From an uncultured Planctomycetota bacterium (lineage in GTDB: Bacteria; Planctomycetota; Phycisphaerae; Tepidisphaerales; Tepidisphaeraceae): 64,000 nt of DNA. The notes below the pieces were generated by a model. It was not told the DNA's origin. It made no database searches and saw only the letters and a program-made list of their open reading frames with translations. The DNA lies in assembly GCA_963841915.1 (NCBI GenBank), contig CAWJEN010000006.1, positions 224,001 to 288,000 on the forward strand, in the 5' to 3' direction. Positions 61,550 through 64,000 of this stretch are shown here, one piece after another (position 1 is the stretch's first letter; the number at the start of each line of letters is the position of its first letter). The translations under genes were made by a program, and so were the position numbers.

Positions 61550-61619
61550 GGTTTCTGCCGTCGTCCAGCGCAGCACGACAATCACCCTATAACGCGGGTT
61601 GCGTGCACATCTGAGTCGG

Positions 61620-61979
61620 TCAGCCCGGTGGCCACGTCAGGTCGCGACCCGCCAGAACGTGGACGTGCAGGTGGAACACGGCCTGCCCTGCCGCCTCGCC
61701 TGTGTTGATGACGGTGCGAAACGCGTCGTAGCCCGCTGCCTTGGCGACATTGCCGGCGACGACGAGCAGGTGTCCCAGCAGCGGAGCGTCGTCTACCGCC
61801 GCCTGCGCCAGCGACACTATCGGCCGCCTGGGCACAACCAGCACGTGCAGCGGAGCCTGCGGATCGATGTCCCTGAATGCGATGCACTGTTCGTCTTCGT
61901 GAACGATGTCGGCCGGGATCTCGCGGTCGATGATGCGCTCGAAAAGTGTCTTGTCTAACGGATGAGAAGAGGCGGCCAC
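61620..61979 (-). CDS. HIT-family nucleotide-binding protein (HinT-like)
   Basis: TLFERII..EIPA, AFRDIDPQAP.H, GQAVFHLHVH..GR..WPPG. Confidence 0.92.
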   Translation of the reverse strand: MAASSHPLDKTLFERIIDREIPADIVHEDEQCIAFRDIDPQAPLHVLVVPRRPIVSLAQAAVDDAPLLGHLLVVAGNVAKAAGYDAFRTVINTGEAAGQAVFHLHVHVLAGRDLTWPPG

Positions 61980-62083
61980 AGCCTCATGGTGACAGACGCG
62001 CACCGCTGCTGCCACGGCACAAACCCGTCAAGCCGGGCACCGCCCCCGCAAACCCCGCGCGGCACCGCTACTGTGCCCTCACG

Positions 62084-64000
62084 ATGGAGAGCAAGACCGG
62101 CAAAATCGCCTTGGCAGTGTTCGGCTCCGTGCTGATGATCACCTTTCTGCTCCCGGCCGGCATGACCGGCAGGGGCGGCGCGGGAGGCGGATCGATCGGT
62201 GAAGTCGACGGTGAACCCATCGGCGCCGACGACGTCCGCACCGCCGACATCTTGTTCGGCTATAGCAAGTCGATCCGCGTGCAAGGCTTGCCGCTGCCCA
62301 ATCAGCTCCTGGTTCAGCCGGAGCTGCAGCGCATTCAACGGCAGATCGGCTCGTTGAACCAGCAGCAGTTCAGCGCCAGGTACCAGCAGGCGATGGCCGA
62401 ATCCAACCGCCGCGTCGAGGCGATCAGTGACGACAAGGTGGCGCTGTACCTGCTGCTGCGTGAGGCCGAGACAATCTCGGGCGTGACGGACGACGACGCC
62501 CGGCAGTTCCTGCTGGGCGATGGCGTTGAGATTGCGCTACCCAATGAAGGCGGGACGATTCGGTTCAGCGACATTGAGGGCGAGCAACTGCAAAGCCGCT
62601 ACATCGCCGCCGCAAAGGCCGCGATCAGCATGGCCGTTGCCTCGCGTCGATACGGCGACGTGACGAAGGTCAGCCGCCCGCTTGCCGAGCGGATCGTCGC
62701 CTCGCAGTACCAGGAAGTGACCGTCGACGCCGTCGCGGTGCCGTTCGATGATTTCGTCGCCACGGTCGACGAACCGACCGACGCCGAGCTGCAGGCGCAA
62801 TTTGACAAATACAAGGATGTCGCCCCCGGCACCGTCACAGCCGACAACCAGGCCGGCTTTGGTTATCTCCAGCCCGCCGGTGTGCGGTTGGCCTACCTGC
62901 AGATCGAGCGGTCGGCCATCTTGGACAGCGTTGTGGCCGAGCTCGTCGCCCAGCCAGTCGCCGCCCGCGAGCAAGCGATATACGCATTCTTTAACGAGAA
63001 CCGCGCCCTCTTCGCCAGTGCCTCGACGCAACCGGCCACGCGCCCGTCGACCCGGCCGACGACGCAGCCGAGCCAGGGAATCGAGGCCTTACAGTTCGAG
63101 ACGAGCGATGCCGTCGCCGACTTTCTGAACAGCCAGGCGGCAGAGCTCCAAGGCGACAGTTTGGCGACGTGGCAGGCGTTCATCAATCGTCACGACGACG
63201 TCGTCCTGGCGATGGTCAACACACAGGCCAGCCAGCAGGAGCGCAAGGCCGTGCAGCGGGCTGAGTCGATTTTGTCGGCCGACTACGCCACGCTACGTGC
63301 TGCCGGGGAGAAGCCCGATGAGGCGATGAGTCGAACCGGCGTTGCCGTGACCTCAGCCGGCTACCTCGACGCCGTCGCCGATGCCGTCGGTGAGCAGACG
63401 GGCGTCCGCCCGCAGGTCATCGACCGGACCGACCCCTTGCTGCCGCTGAACGCGTTGGCCTCGCCTGCCATCGTCGGCGACATCGCCGGGGCGCAGCTGC
63501 AGGGCGTGCCGTTCCTGAACCTGATCGCCGGCCTGACGCCTGGGCTCTACACAGGCGAGTCGCGTGAGCAGGTCGAGAAGCAGAACGTCACGATCGAGCC
63601 GATGCGACCGGGCCCGATGGTGCAGAATCGCGCGGGCGACGCCTTTTTGTTCCGCCTGACCGACGCCACTCCGGCGGCAGCGCCGGCATCGATGAACGAC
63701 GTGCAGGATCGCCTGCTGGCCGACCTGCGTCGCAGCGCCGCCTTCGAAAAAGCTAAGGAGCGTGCCGCCGCACTGGTCGCCTCTGGCGACTTGACAGGCG
63801 ACGTCGTCCGCATCGGGCCGTTCGTCCCGTCGACCGGCGGTTCCGTTGCTTTGCCGACCGACGGGCCTTTGTCGAGCCTCGACCTCTCGGCTCAGGAGGC
63901 CTTCGCCAACGGCGTTGTCAGCCTTGTGGCCGACGCATCGGGTGAGTCCGGTTTCCTGACGGTCATCGAGCTACCGACGGCCGGCATCGCCTTGGCGACA
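62084..64000 (+). CDS. Large membrane-anchored protein, possibly a SurA/PpiD-like chaperone (runs off the window)
   Basis: MESKTGKIALAVFGSVLMITFLL anchor, EPTDAELQAQFDKYK, STQPATRP linker; absent from the ORF track, consistent with no stop before the window end. Confidence 0.6.
   Translation, partial: MESKTGKIALAVFGSVLMITFLLPAGMTGRGGAGGGSIGEVDGEPIGADDVRTADILFGYSKSIRVQGLPLPNQLLVQPELQRIQRQIGSLNQQQFSARYQQAMAESNRRVEAISDDKVALYLLLREAETISGVTDDDARQFLLGDGVEIALPNEGGTIRFSDIEGEQLQSRYIAAAKAAISMAVASRRYGDVTKVSRPLAERIVASQYQEVTVDAVAVPFDDFVATVDEPTDAELQAQFDKYKDVAPGTVTADNQAGFGYLQPAGVRLAYLQIERSAILDSVVAELVAQPVAAREQAIYAFFNENRALFASASTQPATRPSTRPTTQPSQGIEALQFETSDAVADFLNSQAAELQGDSLATWQAFINRHDDVVLAMVNTQASQQERKAVQRAESILSADYATLRAAGEKPDEAMSRTGVAVTSAGYLDAVADAVGEQTGVRPQVIDRTDPLLPLNALASPAIVGDIAGAQLQGVPFLNLIAGLTPGLYTGESREQVEKQNVTIEPMRPGPMVQNRAGDAFLFRLTDATPAAAPASMNDVQDRLLADLRRSAAFEKAKERAAALVASGDLTGDVVRIGPFVPSTGGSVALPTDGPLSSLDLSAQEAFANGVVSLVADASGESGFLTVIELPTAGIALAT

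Overview
High-GC bacterial chromosome segment, most likely Planctomycetota/Phycisphaerae. This is inferred from PEP-CTERM proteins, a LEPR-XLL-type leader, dockerin-like repeats, ATQP/STQP linkers and a TIGR02999-like ECF sigma/kinase pair. About 1-33 kb and 53.6-64 kb are mostly housekeeping genes (lon, crtB-like, murI, argS, S41 protease, lipA, Fe3+ ABC transporter, atpBEFHA without atpGDC, rnpA, trxB, M1 peptidase, tRNA-Pro, purD, ArnT-like, pdxH, Rrf2, DsbD-like, HIT), with three parS-like palindromes at 23.8-25.4 kb. Several genes carry single-base indels that look like assembly errors. The 20.6 kb between 33,022 and 53,604 looks like a decayed genomic island integrated at the 3' end of tRNA-Pro(GGG); both junctions can be reconstructed. 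It carries an ECF sigma/Ser-Thr kinase pair with three surface-protein genes that share an identically spaced CTGAWCC-N17-CGCT motif (candidate regulon), an AIPR pseudogene, an alpha-amylase, and single ORFs each bracketed by REPIN-like palindromic elements. Other highlights are a REP/MITE-like element inserted in frame in the ArnT-like gene and a promoter-plus-terminator candidate sRNA at ~61.4 kb. All calls are by eye; no database searches were run.
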